DNA from: Chiloscyllium plagiosum
Taxonomy: Eukaryota
Direction: 5' to 3'
Assembly: GCF_004010195.1 (NCBI RefSeq)
Contig: NC_057752.1
Span: 7,264,453 to 7,284,452, forward strand
Length of the DNA stretch: 20,000 bases
Made by a program: the position numbers and the translations under genes. Numbering within the stretch: the stretch's first letter is position 1; every line of letters begins with the position of its first letter. Shown here piece after piece: positions 9,398 to 19,568 of this stretch. Under the pieces are notes generated by a model. The model had not been told where the DNA came from. It saw nothing but the letters and a program-made list of their open reading frames with translations, and made no database searches.

Positions 9398-10730
9398 AAC
9401 AATTATCTCCACTTCTGATGTTATGGTGGAGGGAAGGTCATAATGAGGCAGCTGAAGGAGGTTGGGCCTAGGACACCAACCTGAGGAACTCCTGCAGAGA
9501 TATCTTGGAATGTAGATGACTAACCTCCAACAAACACAACCCATCTTCTCCTTTGTGCGAGGTATGACTCCAACCACGGAGGTTTTCCAACTGGCTCACA
9601 TTGACTCCAGTTTTGCCAGGGTTCTTTGATACACTTAGTCAAAAGGTTGCCATGCTGTCAAGGACAGTTGCTTGCTTTGACTTTTGACCATGTTTGAACC
9701 AAGGCTGCAATGAGGTTATGAGTTGAGGGGCCCTGGCGTAATCCAAACTGAGGTGCTGGGTTCCCTCATCATGATTAGTGGAGCATCCTCCTCTAGTGAG
9801 TTCTTCAACTGGCCACCATCATTCACAGTTGAATATGGTAGGACTGCAGAGCTTAAATCTGATTGGTGTGGGATCACTTCGCCCCCATCTTTTGCATGCT
9901 GCTTCTGCTATTTGGCACAGAAGTTTTGTGGTTTCACTAGGTTAACACCTCATTTTTACATATGCCTGATGCTGCTCTTGGCATGCCCTCCTGCATTCTC
10001 CATTGAACCAGAGCTGATCTCCTGGCATAAATGGTAGATATGCCACGTCTTGAAGTTACAGATAGTGGTTGAATGCAATTCAGCCGCTGATGGCTGACAG
10101 CACCTCATGGATACCCAATTTTGAGTTGCTAAATCTATTCAAGTCTTTCGCATTTAGCAGAGTGACTGTGCCACACAACAGAGAAGGCATGCACATTACG
10201 AAAATGTGAGTTTTTCTCTACAAGGACTGCATTTCTACAGATTCTGTCATAGGTGCTAGTGGGACAGGACACACCTGGAAATGGTGACATCTGGGACAAC
10301 TCCCGTAAGGTACGATTCTACAAGTATGACCATCTTTGGCTGTTTCTTGACTTGTCTGGGAAACAGCTCTCTCCATTTTGGCACTAGTCCCCAGATGTTC
10401 GCAAGGAGAACTTTGCTGTCGTCATTTCTGGTGTCTAGGTTTATGCCAATTGGTCCATCTTCTTTCATTGTTTTGTTGAAATTTTACAGCAGTTTACTAC
10501 AACTGAGTGGCTTTCTAGGCCATTTCAGAAGTCAGACAAGAGTCAATCGCAAGGCTGAGAGTCTAAAATCACGTTTTGGCAGACTTCCTTCCCCAAAAGA
10601 AGTTGGTAAACCACAATTGTGTGTAGCTTTTTAAATTCCAGATATCTTTTTGATTGAATTCAAATTTCATTATCTGTCATGGTGGGATTTGTACTCATGT
10701 CCCCAGAACATTAGTTGGAGGTTGTGGATT
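9398..10730 (-). mobile_element. CR1/L2-group LINE, 5' part (tRNA-like head, 5' UTR, APE N-terminus, RT piece), internally deleted
   Basis: ORF 10256..10468 KVLLANIWGLVPKWRELFPRQVKKQPKMVILVESYL resembles the APE N-terminus (NxxGL...DIVxLxE). Segment 9400-9575 is homologous to the RT segment 7430-7600. B-box-like GTACAAATCC on the minus strand near 10685-10694. Confidence 0.8.
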
Positions 10731-10881
10731 ACATTGTAACGAGGGAGTAGCATTGTGGTAAACTGTTTGCATTTCTAAGTGCTATTTTACAATTCTACAT
10801 TGTTCTAAGTATTTTCTTTGTAAATATATATGCTCTATGAAATATCAGAGCATATATACCACCTACAAATGTTAAGCGAAT

Positions 10882-11002
10882 GGTGGTGTAGTGGCAATGA
10901 TAATGGATTGTGTTCTTGAAGTCTTGACTAACTGTCTGTACCATGACACCTGGCAGAATTCAAATTAATTAACAAATCTGGATTTTAAGGTATCCTTAGT
11001 AA
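10882..11002 (+). mobile_element. Decayed tRNA-like head of the same family as 10630-10730
   Basis: A box TGGTGTAGTGG (10884-10894). ACCATGACA...AATTCAAATTAATT...ATCTGGATTTTAA parallels the reverse complement of 10631-10683. Confidence 0.55.
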
Positions 11003-12039
11003 TATTTTCTTCTATACATGTCTCCTATATAAGGCCTGCTTTTTCAAAACTCTCCTCATGGATAACATTCCAAATTTTCAATGAATGCACAGAATTTCTG
11101 AACCAGGATTAAGTCAAAATGCTTAGGTGATCACAAATTAGTCGTCTTAGAACAATCCTGTCTCTATTCAAATGCAGACTTATACCAACCGAACTTGAAT
11201 CAGAGAAGCTTAAAATTAATCAAAGAGTTTGCTCTACATCTTCTGAAAAACTATCTAGTTTTAGAAAACTAAAGCACTTTAAATCATGTGACTTAAAAAC
11301 AATTTAATTGCATCACTAAGGGCTCAAAAATACTCTCTAATGCCCTCCGAAATACTGAGTGAACTATGTCTGCATTTTACTTAGGACTTGCTTCCAATGA
11401 TATGGTCAGGATCAAAAACTGTATCAGTTAACTTTTTTTTAAAAAGGTGACTCACTAGACCTACTTGTATAGGATAGCATGCGGGCCAAAATTAAGAAAA
11501 AGCTTTTAATGTTGGTGGCAATGAATCAGCTTCTGCATTTAGCCAGAGATCTGATATTTAAGATAAATATTTCATTGATCATTGTCAGTAACAATGGTCA
11601 CTCAAAAAGAATATGGATTGGACTGTAATTCCAGATAATTCATAAAAGAAGCAACCTGACAACCTTTGAGTTGGTCATTGTATTTCCAAATCATGCCATC
11701 TCCAGATTTTATGTAGCCCAGTATTTTACTATATCTGGAGCTTGTTAAGATTGGCTTCCTCAGTTAAAGGATCAAGTGAGAATAATCCTAATCTATAGCA
11801 TCTTACTTTAGCTTCTCGCATTTGGGCAACAAATTGAGCATCAAATATCTAGAGAATGAAAAGATCAACACACAATTTACACAAGTAGGGATCTCTCCAA
11901 AGAATATGTTGAACAATTTTGATAATGTCAGAATTATCCTGAATTATATGAAATACCTGGAATACTGTACTGCTAGCTTTATTACCAAATAATGAAATCC
12001 ACGATAATGAGAACATGGTAAGTATCTGGAACACTGAAA

Positions 12040-12295
12040 CAAAGCACTGGAAGACAGTGGCACAAAGATCAGTAGATCAAAGATCCAATGTATGGACTGT
12101 CAGTTTGAACATACAGAAGAGGATCAGAGTGACAGTGTAAAGAATATGGGTGAAAACTTGGAAAAAAGGAGTAGTTTCAAGTACCTGGGGTCAGTGGTGG
12201 CAGATGATCCAAGTTTGGAATTGGAAATTAAGCAACTGATTAGGTTTGGGTTTGAGTAATTGGAAGATGTGAAGTGGCGAATTGTATGAAAGTTG
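12040..12295 (+). mobile_element. RTE-clade LINE reverse-transcriptase fragment
   Basis: Translates to KALEDSGTKISRSKIQCMDCQF, then MGENLEKRSSFKYLGSVVADDPSLELEIKQLIRFG (ATG at 12146). These match the RTE-type motifs GLKISRSKTEYM and FKYLGS. Confidence 0.8.
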
Positions 12296-12574
12296 CTCTT
12301 CTTGTCATAGGCTTCTTCTCTCCTGTGCTTGCTGATAGGGAGCTCACAAGTGAGGATCTCAAAAGAAGCCCTCAAAAAAAATAAAAAAATGCTGTATGCC
12401 TTGTTAATCAACCAGCATTGTGATAATCCCCCCAAAAATTAGGGGGAGCAAAAAGTAGTAGTGAAAATTGGGCAGAAGCAGGGTAAAAAGTGAAAACTAC
12501 AGGAGCTTATGCTTTGATTGTTAACATTATGCTTACGGTGTTGAATATAGTGATCATTTGCTTTGAAGAATTTG

Positions 12575-12760
12575 AATTGTTGTCTAGGACACTGGGAGAA
12601 TTGCCCCGCTCTTCAAAACAAAATAGCATCAGGATCTTTTGCATTGATGTGAAAGGAGAAGGGTCCTTGATTTAAGGTGCCATTTGCACGAACAGTACAG
12701 CATGCCCAAAATTGGATGCTCAAGTCTCAAGAAGTAGGGCTTGAACCCATAATCTTCTGT
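12575..12760 (-). mobile_element. Deu-domain SINE (SacSINE1-like), old
   Basis: The minus strand has B box GGGTTCAAGCC near 12738-12748 and AAAAGATCCTGATGCTATTTTGTTTTGAAGAGCGGGGCAATTCTCCCAGTGTCCTAG, which resembles the Deu domain as I recall it. Confidence 0.65.
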
Positions 12761-12969
12761 GTATATTACAAAATATATATATATGTCTCTAACCATGGTT
12801 TAAATTTGGGGTTGCCTATGTACAAGAACACTCTTGACCATCAAGTTTGAAATTTTCTACAGGAAAAGACAAAATTACATAAGCATTAAAAAATTCAGCT
12901 CAAGCAATATTAAGAATCTTTAATAGTAAATATATCTAGACAGTCCCCTAAGCAAGGTTTAATCTCATT

Positions 12970-13068
12970 GTTTTGAAGGAGGTTCACTGGACTGAAAACG
13001 TTAACTCTGCTTTCTTTCCATGGATGCTGTCAGACCTGTTGAGTTTCTCCAGCAATTTCTGTTTTTAT
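12970..13068 (+). mobile_element. Solo PLE pLTR/hammerhead unit with 12-bp target-site duplication
   Basis: TTTAATCTCATT at 12958-12969 and 13069-13080. The body is homologous to the reverse complement of 4452-4549. Confidence 0.85.
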
Positions 13069-14199
13069 TTTAATCTCATTCAAATTGTCTTTGCTTTGCA
13101 ATTAAAATAATTCCCAATTGGAGGATCACTGCATTTTATAGAACTATCTATGCAGTTATGTAATGATCCTACTCTTCACTTCATACAATAACATATTCAG
13201 AAAAGTTAACTAAGCAGGTTGTTGCAATACAGAATGTCATTAACAATAAACCTTGTCCCTGGTCATGTTCGCATAGGATATCCAAAAAAAGTCAAATCTC
13301 TTTCCACTACAATATTTTACCTGTCTCATCAGCAGTTACATTTCTGGAGATTTGTGGTTTAACATGCCTCTTTTCCCACCTCCCAACCCCCACCTACTGT
13401 ATCCAAAAATAAGAAACCATATTGCACCTGGATTATAACAATGGTCTGTCATTTCTCTCTTTCAGAGCACACAGTGATATTTTTCAGACAACTGCTAATG
13501 TACGCTATGTCATACAAGCTGTAACAAGTGTAAAGATTACCCTGCATGGCAAGCTATCATAAGACAAACTATTCCCTACTACTCTGTGGTTTTCCTGCAC
13601 ACCAATCTGTTTAAATGTTAATTTTGCTTCCAAACCAGTATTGATGTCTCACTCAAATGTACACAGATCAACAATATTTAATCTAAAAAGAAAAGTTTGG
13701 CCGTGGTTGTGGAACAGTTTTTAAACGAAAAAAATTTGGCAAAACCATGCGCTGCAGGAACTTTGGAGAGACACACTTACTCAGATAAATTCAGATATCT
13801 TTATCGAAGCATAAAGTTGCACTGCTTGCATATTTGGGTCACTGCAAAACAACAGAAGACAACAGTCTCCATTTTTAAGGTTTGTTGGTTTAAGCATTGG
13901 ATATTCTGAATTTGTAACTCCAAAAGCCCCATTCATTTCATTTCTCAATACATGACAATGATTGGAAATTGTATTCATTTGCTGAATGCTGCATATATTT
14001 ACATATTATTCACTAGTAGCCCCAAAGACAACATTTACCAATTCCTAAATAACTTGCAATATACTTTCCACAAATGGAGTTTCATATTATTCATCTAAAG
14101 GTTAATTTGATATAAACAAATCTTTTTGATAAAAGCTTAATATTCTCTCTAGATACCATGAAAATCTAAGTTCTCAATGTTACACTTTACTAAAAGCTG

Positions 14200-14520
14200 A
14201 CGGGAATCAATGAATGTGTCTGAAGTTGTTTCTATGATTAGGAGAATACTGGACTTAGGGCTCTGTTCAAAGTGTAATGATCGAACTGCTGAAGTACAAA
14301 TAACCAAAGTCCTTGAGCAGTTTGATGCAGACAACTACACGAGAATGTTATATGGGAAAACAAAGTGGGTCACAATTTTAAAGTGAGATTTGATGACAAT
14401 TATTTTTCAAAAAGTCAGTGCTGAACATTCTGCTAGCAAGATAAGCTTGTTTATCCAAAGATATCAAATGCTCGGGAGTATGGAAACTGAAACTAATTAG
14501 AGCAGGAGAGATCTCAGATA
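14200..14520 (+). mobile_element. Very old CR1 3' fragment (tentative)
   Basis: A frame reading LDLGLCS...EVQITKVLEQFD...GKTKWVTILK weakly parallels the CR1 motifs LGLFS..IEVYKIMRG.D..TRGH.LK. Confidence 0.35.
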
Positions 14521-14671
14521 CGATTTATGCGTCAGGGTGATCACAAGACTCAACAGGTTGAGAATGTAAAACCAGTGCATCAAAAACAATACATCATTTA
14601 ACAAGAAAATTGTATATATTGCATGTAAAAATGAGGGGCTTACCACTTTGTACATCATTCTTCTTACCATA

Positions 14672-15010
14672 GTATTTCTTAAATGGAGGAGGGGAGGGAT
14701 TGGAAAGTGTAGAAGTACAAAGGGACTTGGGTGCCCTCATCAATCAGTCACTGAAGCCTAACATGCAGATGCAGCAAGTTAGCAGAAAAGTTAATAAAAT
14801 GTTAGCGTTAATTGCAAGAGGATCGCAGTACAGGAATATTGAAGCCTTGCTTCGATTACCAACGAACTTGATTCGATTGCACCTAGAGTACCATGTGCAC
14901 TTTTCATCTCATCTCAGGAAAGATATTAAAGAGGGAGTGCAATGAAGGTTCATCAAACTTGTTCTGGGGATGGTGGCACAGCTAAAAGGAAATAGATTGG
15001 GCAAATGGGC
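14672..15010 (+). mobile_element. CR1 LINE ORF2 fragment, left part of an interrupted copy
   Basis: ORF 14700..14945 has VEVQRDLGALINQSLK...KVNKMLALIARG...HLEYHVHF...LRKDI. Confidence 0.85.
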
Positions 15011-15472
15011 AGCACCGGTGACAGCAGACTCCTTCAAGATGCTGGTACTAACAAGGCAACATCTTCAGCCAAAGCAGGACTCGTGGCCCAGCAGCAGCCT
15101 ACCCTCACAGCAAAGCCAGGGACTCTTAGTTGCGGGGCAAGTGTGGGTTCAGCGGCATGAGCGAAGTGGGCCCAGTGGCAAAGAGATGGTGCCTCAAATG
15201 GGGTAATTTCAACTCTGGTGGGCCCAGTGCAGGCAGCAGAGGTCTCTCTCTTGACTGGGTCAGAAAGACTGACATTCTGAACTTTTCACTATTTTTTCTA
15301 ATTTATCCCTATGGCCTATAATGCTGCACTGTTTATTTCTTTACTTTCCTTTTTTTGTTTCCTAAGAATTTGATCTTAAGTATCTGTACCTGGGTATCTT
15401 TGTACCCAAGATGTGGCAACGGTAAACTTGTCACTGTACTCATTTGAGTACGTGAAAATAAATTCAATTCAA
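15011..15472 (+). mobile_element. Unclassified non-autonomous retroposon nested in CR1
   Basis: Interrupts collinear CR1 sequence. GC-rich 5' part, T-rich tract, hairpin GTACTCA-TT-TGAGTAC (15436-15451), AATAAA (15457-15462) and a (TTCAA)2 tail. Confidence 0.7.
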
Positions 15473-15830
15473 TGTATTTTCAGGAACTTCGAAGAATGAG
15501 GGGTGACCTCACTGAAATCTACAAAATACTTAAAAGGGAATAGACAAGGTAGCTGCCAGGTAATATTTTTCCCTGGTTGGAGAGACTAGAATCAGGAGGC
15601 ACAAGTTAAAAATAAGGGGAATGCCATTTCGGACTGAGATCAGTCAAAATTTAGAGGGTGATAAACTATTGGAATGATCTACCCCACAAGGCTGTGGAAA
15701 CTCCGTTTATGAGCATATTTAAAGTAGAGGTTGATAATTTTTATATTATCAAAATGATAAAAATGGAGATAGTGTGGGTAAAAGGCACCGAAATGTTCAC
15801 TCAGCCATGATTGTATTAAACGGTGGAGAA
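15473..15830 (+). mobile_element. CR1 LINE 3' end, right part of the interrupted copy
   Basis: Translates to ELRRMRGDLTEIYKILK...FPLVGETRIRRHKLKIRG. The 3' UTR contains TCAGCCATGATTGTATTAAACGGTGGAG. Confidence 0.85.
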
Positions 15831-15837
15831 ATTTGCA

Positions 15838-16052
15838 TACAAAGGACATAATTTTGAAATCAAGGCAATCGTGAACTGGGAGTTGAGTGAACAGTCAGTG
15901 AGTGCAGAAGTAATGTACAAACAGGACTTGTTTCATGTCAGGGTTCAGTAGAGTTTTGAATCAGATTCAAGATTACACAGGGTATAAGACAGGAAGCTGA
16001 ACACAACAGCATTGAAATTATGGAATCTAGAGGCACAAATCATGGATAAGCA
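15838..16052 (-). mobile_element. Old L2 LINE ORF2 fragment
   Basis: Minus strand ATGCTTATCCATGATTTGTGCCTCTAGATTCCATAATTTCAATGCT resembles the L2 motif LIHAFVTSRLDYSNA, with a frameshift. Confidence 0.55.
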
Positions 16053-16470
16053 TCTTGTTCACTGCTGTTCTATTTTAATGCCAAAATAGACAAATTCTTA
16101 TTTTAATGGACTTATAATACAATTATATTTAATTACACAGTAAAAAGTTTTATTTGTGTGTCAAAAATGAGCATGTAGACACATATTTTGATTCAACATT
16201 AAAACGGGATATTCACCATTTTTAGTGTAATAGTACAACTCAAAAAGGAGAATTTTAAAAAGGTTTCCCAGCAGAACGACTTTCTTTCTAGAAACTCGCA
16301 CCATCAACAGGTGGCATTATTAATATTCTGAAAACACTAGTTATTTTAAGGTACAAATTTAGCTTCAAACTTAGGTAGCTTGAGTTTCAGATGTGATGTG
16401 CTGTGATTTTGAGTATAAAATCCAACAGTGTCAATATATTTAGGAGAAATAAAATTTGAGTTAGAATACC

Positions 16471-17594
16471 ATATGGACTTCAGTAAGGTGTTTGACAAGG
16501 TTCCCCATGGGAGACTGGTTAGCAAGGTTAGATCTCATGGAATAGAGAGAACTAGCCATTTGGATACAGAACTGGCTCAAAGGTAGAAGGCAGAGGGTTG
16601 TTGGTCCACTACTTTTTGTCATTTATATAAATGATTTGGGTGTGAGCAGAAGAGGTATAGTTAGTAAGTTTGCAGAGGACACCAAAATTGGAGGTGTAGT
16701 GGACAGCGAAGAAGGTTACCTCAGATTACAACAGGATCTTGATCAGATGAGCCAATGGGCTGATAAGTGGCAGATGGAGTTTAATTCAGATAAATGCGAG
16801 GTGCTGCATTTTGGAAAAGTAAATCTTAGCAGGACTTATACACTTAATGGTAAGGTCCTGAGGAGTGTTGCTGAACAAAGATCTTGGAATGCAGGTTCAT
16901 AGCTCCTTGAAAGTGGAGTCGCAGGTAGAGAGGATAGTGAAGGCAGCGTTTGGTATGCTTTCCTTTATTGGCCAGAGTATTGAGTACAGGAGTTGGGAGG
17001 TCATGTTGCGGCTGTACAGAACATTGGTTAGGCCACTGTTAGAATAGTGCATGCAATTCTGGTCTCCTTCCTATTGGAGAGATGTTGGGAAACTTGAAAG
17101 GGTTCAGAAAAGATTTACAAGGATGTTGCCAGGGTTGGAGGATTTGAGCTATAGGGAGAGGCTGAACAGGCTGGGGCTGTTTTCCCTGGAGCATCGGAGG
17201 CTGAGGGGTGACCTTTATAGAGGTTTATAAAATCATGAGGGGCATGGATAGGATAAATAGACAAGGTCTTTTCCCTGGGGTGGATGAGTCCAGAGCTAGA
17301 GGACATAGGCTTAGGGTGAGAGGGGAAAGATATAAAAGGGACCTAAGGGGCAACTTTTTCCATGCAGAGGGTAGTGCGTGTACAGAATGAACTGCCAGAG
17401 GAAGTGGTGGAGGCTGGTACAATTGCAACATTTAAGAGGCATCTGGATGGGTATATGAATAGGAAGGGTTTGGAGGGATACGGGCTGGGTGCTAGCAGGC
17501 AGGACTAGATTGGGTTGGGATGTATGGTTGACATGGACAGGCTGGACTGAATGGTCTGTTTCCATGCTGTACATCTCTATGACTATATATGACT
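16471..17594 (+). mobile_element. HER1/CR1 LINE, 5'-truncated, relatively young, non-functional
   Basis: MDFSKVFDKVPHGRLVSKVRSHG; GPLLFVIYINDL; SKFAEDTKIGG; WQMEFNSDKCEVLHFG; IEVYKIMRGMDR. Contains frameshifts and stops. 3' tail CTGTTTCCATGCTGTACATCTCTATGACTATATATGACT. Confidence 0.95.
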
Positions 17595-19099
17595 GAGTTG
17601 TATTCAGAATAGGAAGCTTTCACATCTCTCAAAAGCCCAGAATATTTATGGTAATTGCTAGGCATTGGAGCTACACAAGGTCCGCACACAAAGTCAAAAC
17701 ATACACTGTATAAATGCTTGAAAGCAAGAATAATCAAATAGTCGCCATGGTGTGACAGTGTGTGTAGTTACAGGAACAAACTCACTGTCTGCCAATACAG
17801 GTGCTCCGTTGGGTTTTGAACTATACGTTCCCATGAAAAGTACTCAAGGAAGGAGAAACAGAAAACTTTCAACCTAAAAAGTGTTTATCTAGAAAAATCA
17901 GGAAGAAAAGAATTTTCTAAAACACATGTAATATTTTGTTACAGATGATGATTCAGGTCAAGGACTAATCTCAAAAATCCCTCACTGCAAAATTCCTATT
18001 TGGATAATTTAGCTTTTGATACCATCTATAGTAGTGATCACCAAATTCCACAAGGAGACCAAAAGGATAGATGCTGATCCTTGAAGGGATCTTGTGGTAA
18101 TCTCCCATCTCCCCCAGGCAGGTGTCATTGACTAGAATTCAATGATAGCCAGCTGGAGATAGATTTCCAGATATACAAACCTATTTAATCGTTCCCAGCA
18201 GAATCCTAACAGCAATATGTTTAGCAACTACTGTGACAATAGTTTTCTCTTTAGTTGTCAGGAGCCAAATAAAAGGCTGAGAGAAATTTTCAAGATTGAA
18301 AGCATCTTCCTCAAATCTCTACAAATGATAAAATGTCCCAATTTATTTGTGACCCTTTTCTTCTTCCAAAGAAGCTGTTTTAAAAAAAACAAACTCTGAT
18401 GACAGACAAGAGATAAATCAGTCACACCAATTTGGTCTTGTTATATAAAAACACATAGCTAGTCATGCTGAAATGATGCAGGTTAATTTGTAGTAACAAG
18501 CGGCAGGATTACTTCAAGAGAACCACAAGCAGTAGCACTCTTCTTCTCATCCTTGAAAACACGTACAACATTTCCCACAAATTCTACAAATGGCTTGTGA
18601 AAAAATACAAGGAACACAAAACATATCCACTTAAAATTTACTTCATATAGACAATTTTAATACAATCCTGTTAGCTGTGCTAATTCAATGTTACATCACC
18701 TATTATCGCCCATTCTGTGCCATTCCTACCCATCATGCACAAGAAGCTGCCTTTCTGTTTCAGTGCTACATTCACGTGCCACAGTTCTGCCACAAAAACA
18801 CTTAGGAAAACTTGACAAGTAGCAAATAAAAGGTCACCCAAATAACTACTTTCCCCGAATTAACTTCAATTTTCTCCTCTGCACATTCAACCAATATTTC
18901 CACTTCTATTCCAACCACCCAGAAGCTAGCCAAAACATCTGTAGCAACATAATCTGTAATTCCACTTCTACTTCATACATTCTGAAACTGTTGCCAGACA
19001 TCTACAAAGGATAGATTGCAAACCATAAACACGTGGTTGTGAAGAAGTTGCAAAAAAAAAAAACTGTTCCACTTACTCCAGTTAATTCTAATTCAATTT

Positions 19100-19490
19100 G
19101 TTGTCACTTCTTCAGCCAGCATTTATCACTCATCTCCAATTGCCCTTGATAAAGTTGTGCTGAGAGGCCCTCTTGCAGTAGACCTACAGAGTTAGGATGG
19201 GAGCTCCAGAGTTTTGACCAAGAAACACTGAAGCAGAACCAATATAAGGTGGAGAGCTACTTGGGAGAAATTGCAGATTTGTTTGCTGCTTGTTAGGTCA
19301 CAGAGGTCAAAAGTTTAGAAAGTGTTCTCAAATGCGTTTTGGCAGTAACTACAATAAATCTTGAATATGGTACTCTGTGCTGCTACTATACAGCAGTCAT
19401 GTAGAGGGTAATGTTTAAAATGGTAGATGAGGTATCAATCCAGAAAACTGCTTTGTCTAGATATATTGCATCTCAAGTGTACTATCCTCC
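19100..19490 (-). mobile_element. Old copy of the 3' end of the LINE at 6537-7605
   Basis: GCCAGCATTTATCACTCATCTCCAATTGCCCTTGA parallels 6622-6656. ATCAATCCAGAAAACTGCTTTGTCTAGAT parallels 6985-7012. Confidence 0.7.
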
Positions 19491-19568
19491 TCCTGGCTTG
19501 TGCTTGGGTGGGGCAATGAAAGAGGTATGCAGAGCCTGTGTGTGCACAGAAGTACTTCACTTTAATTA

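Noticed and set aside
13466..13547. Plus-strand exon candidate after TCTCTCTTTCAG
   Set aside because: Only a non-canonical GC donor, and the peptide is unrecognised.
18080..18165. Faint similarity to a short tRNA-derived SINE (also 6415-6535)
   Set aside because: Too degenerate to support without an alignment.
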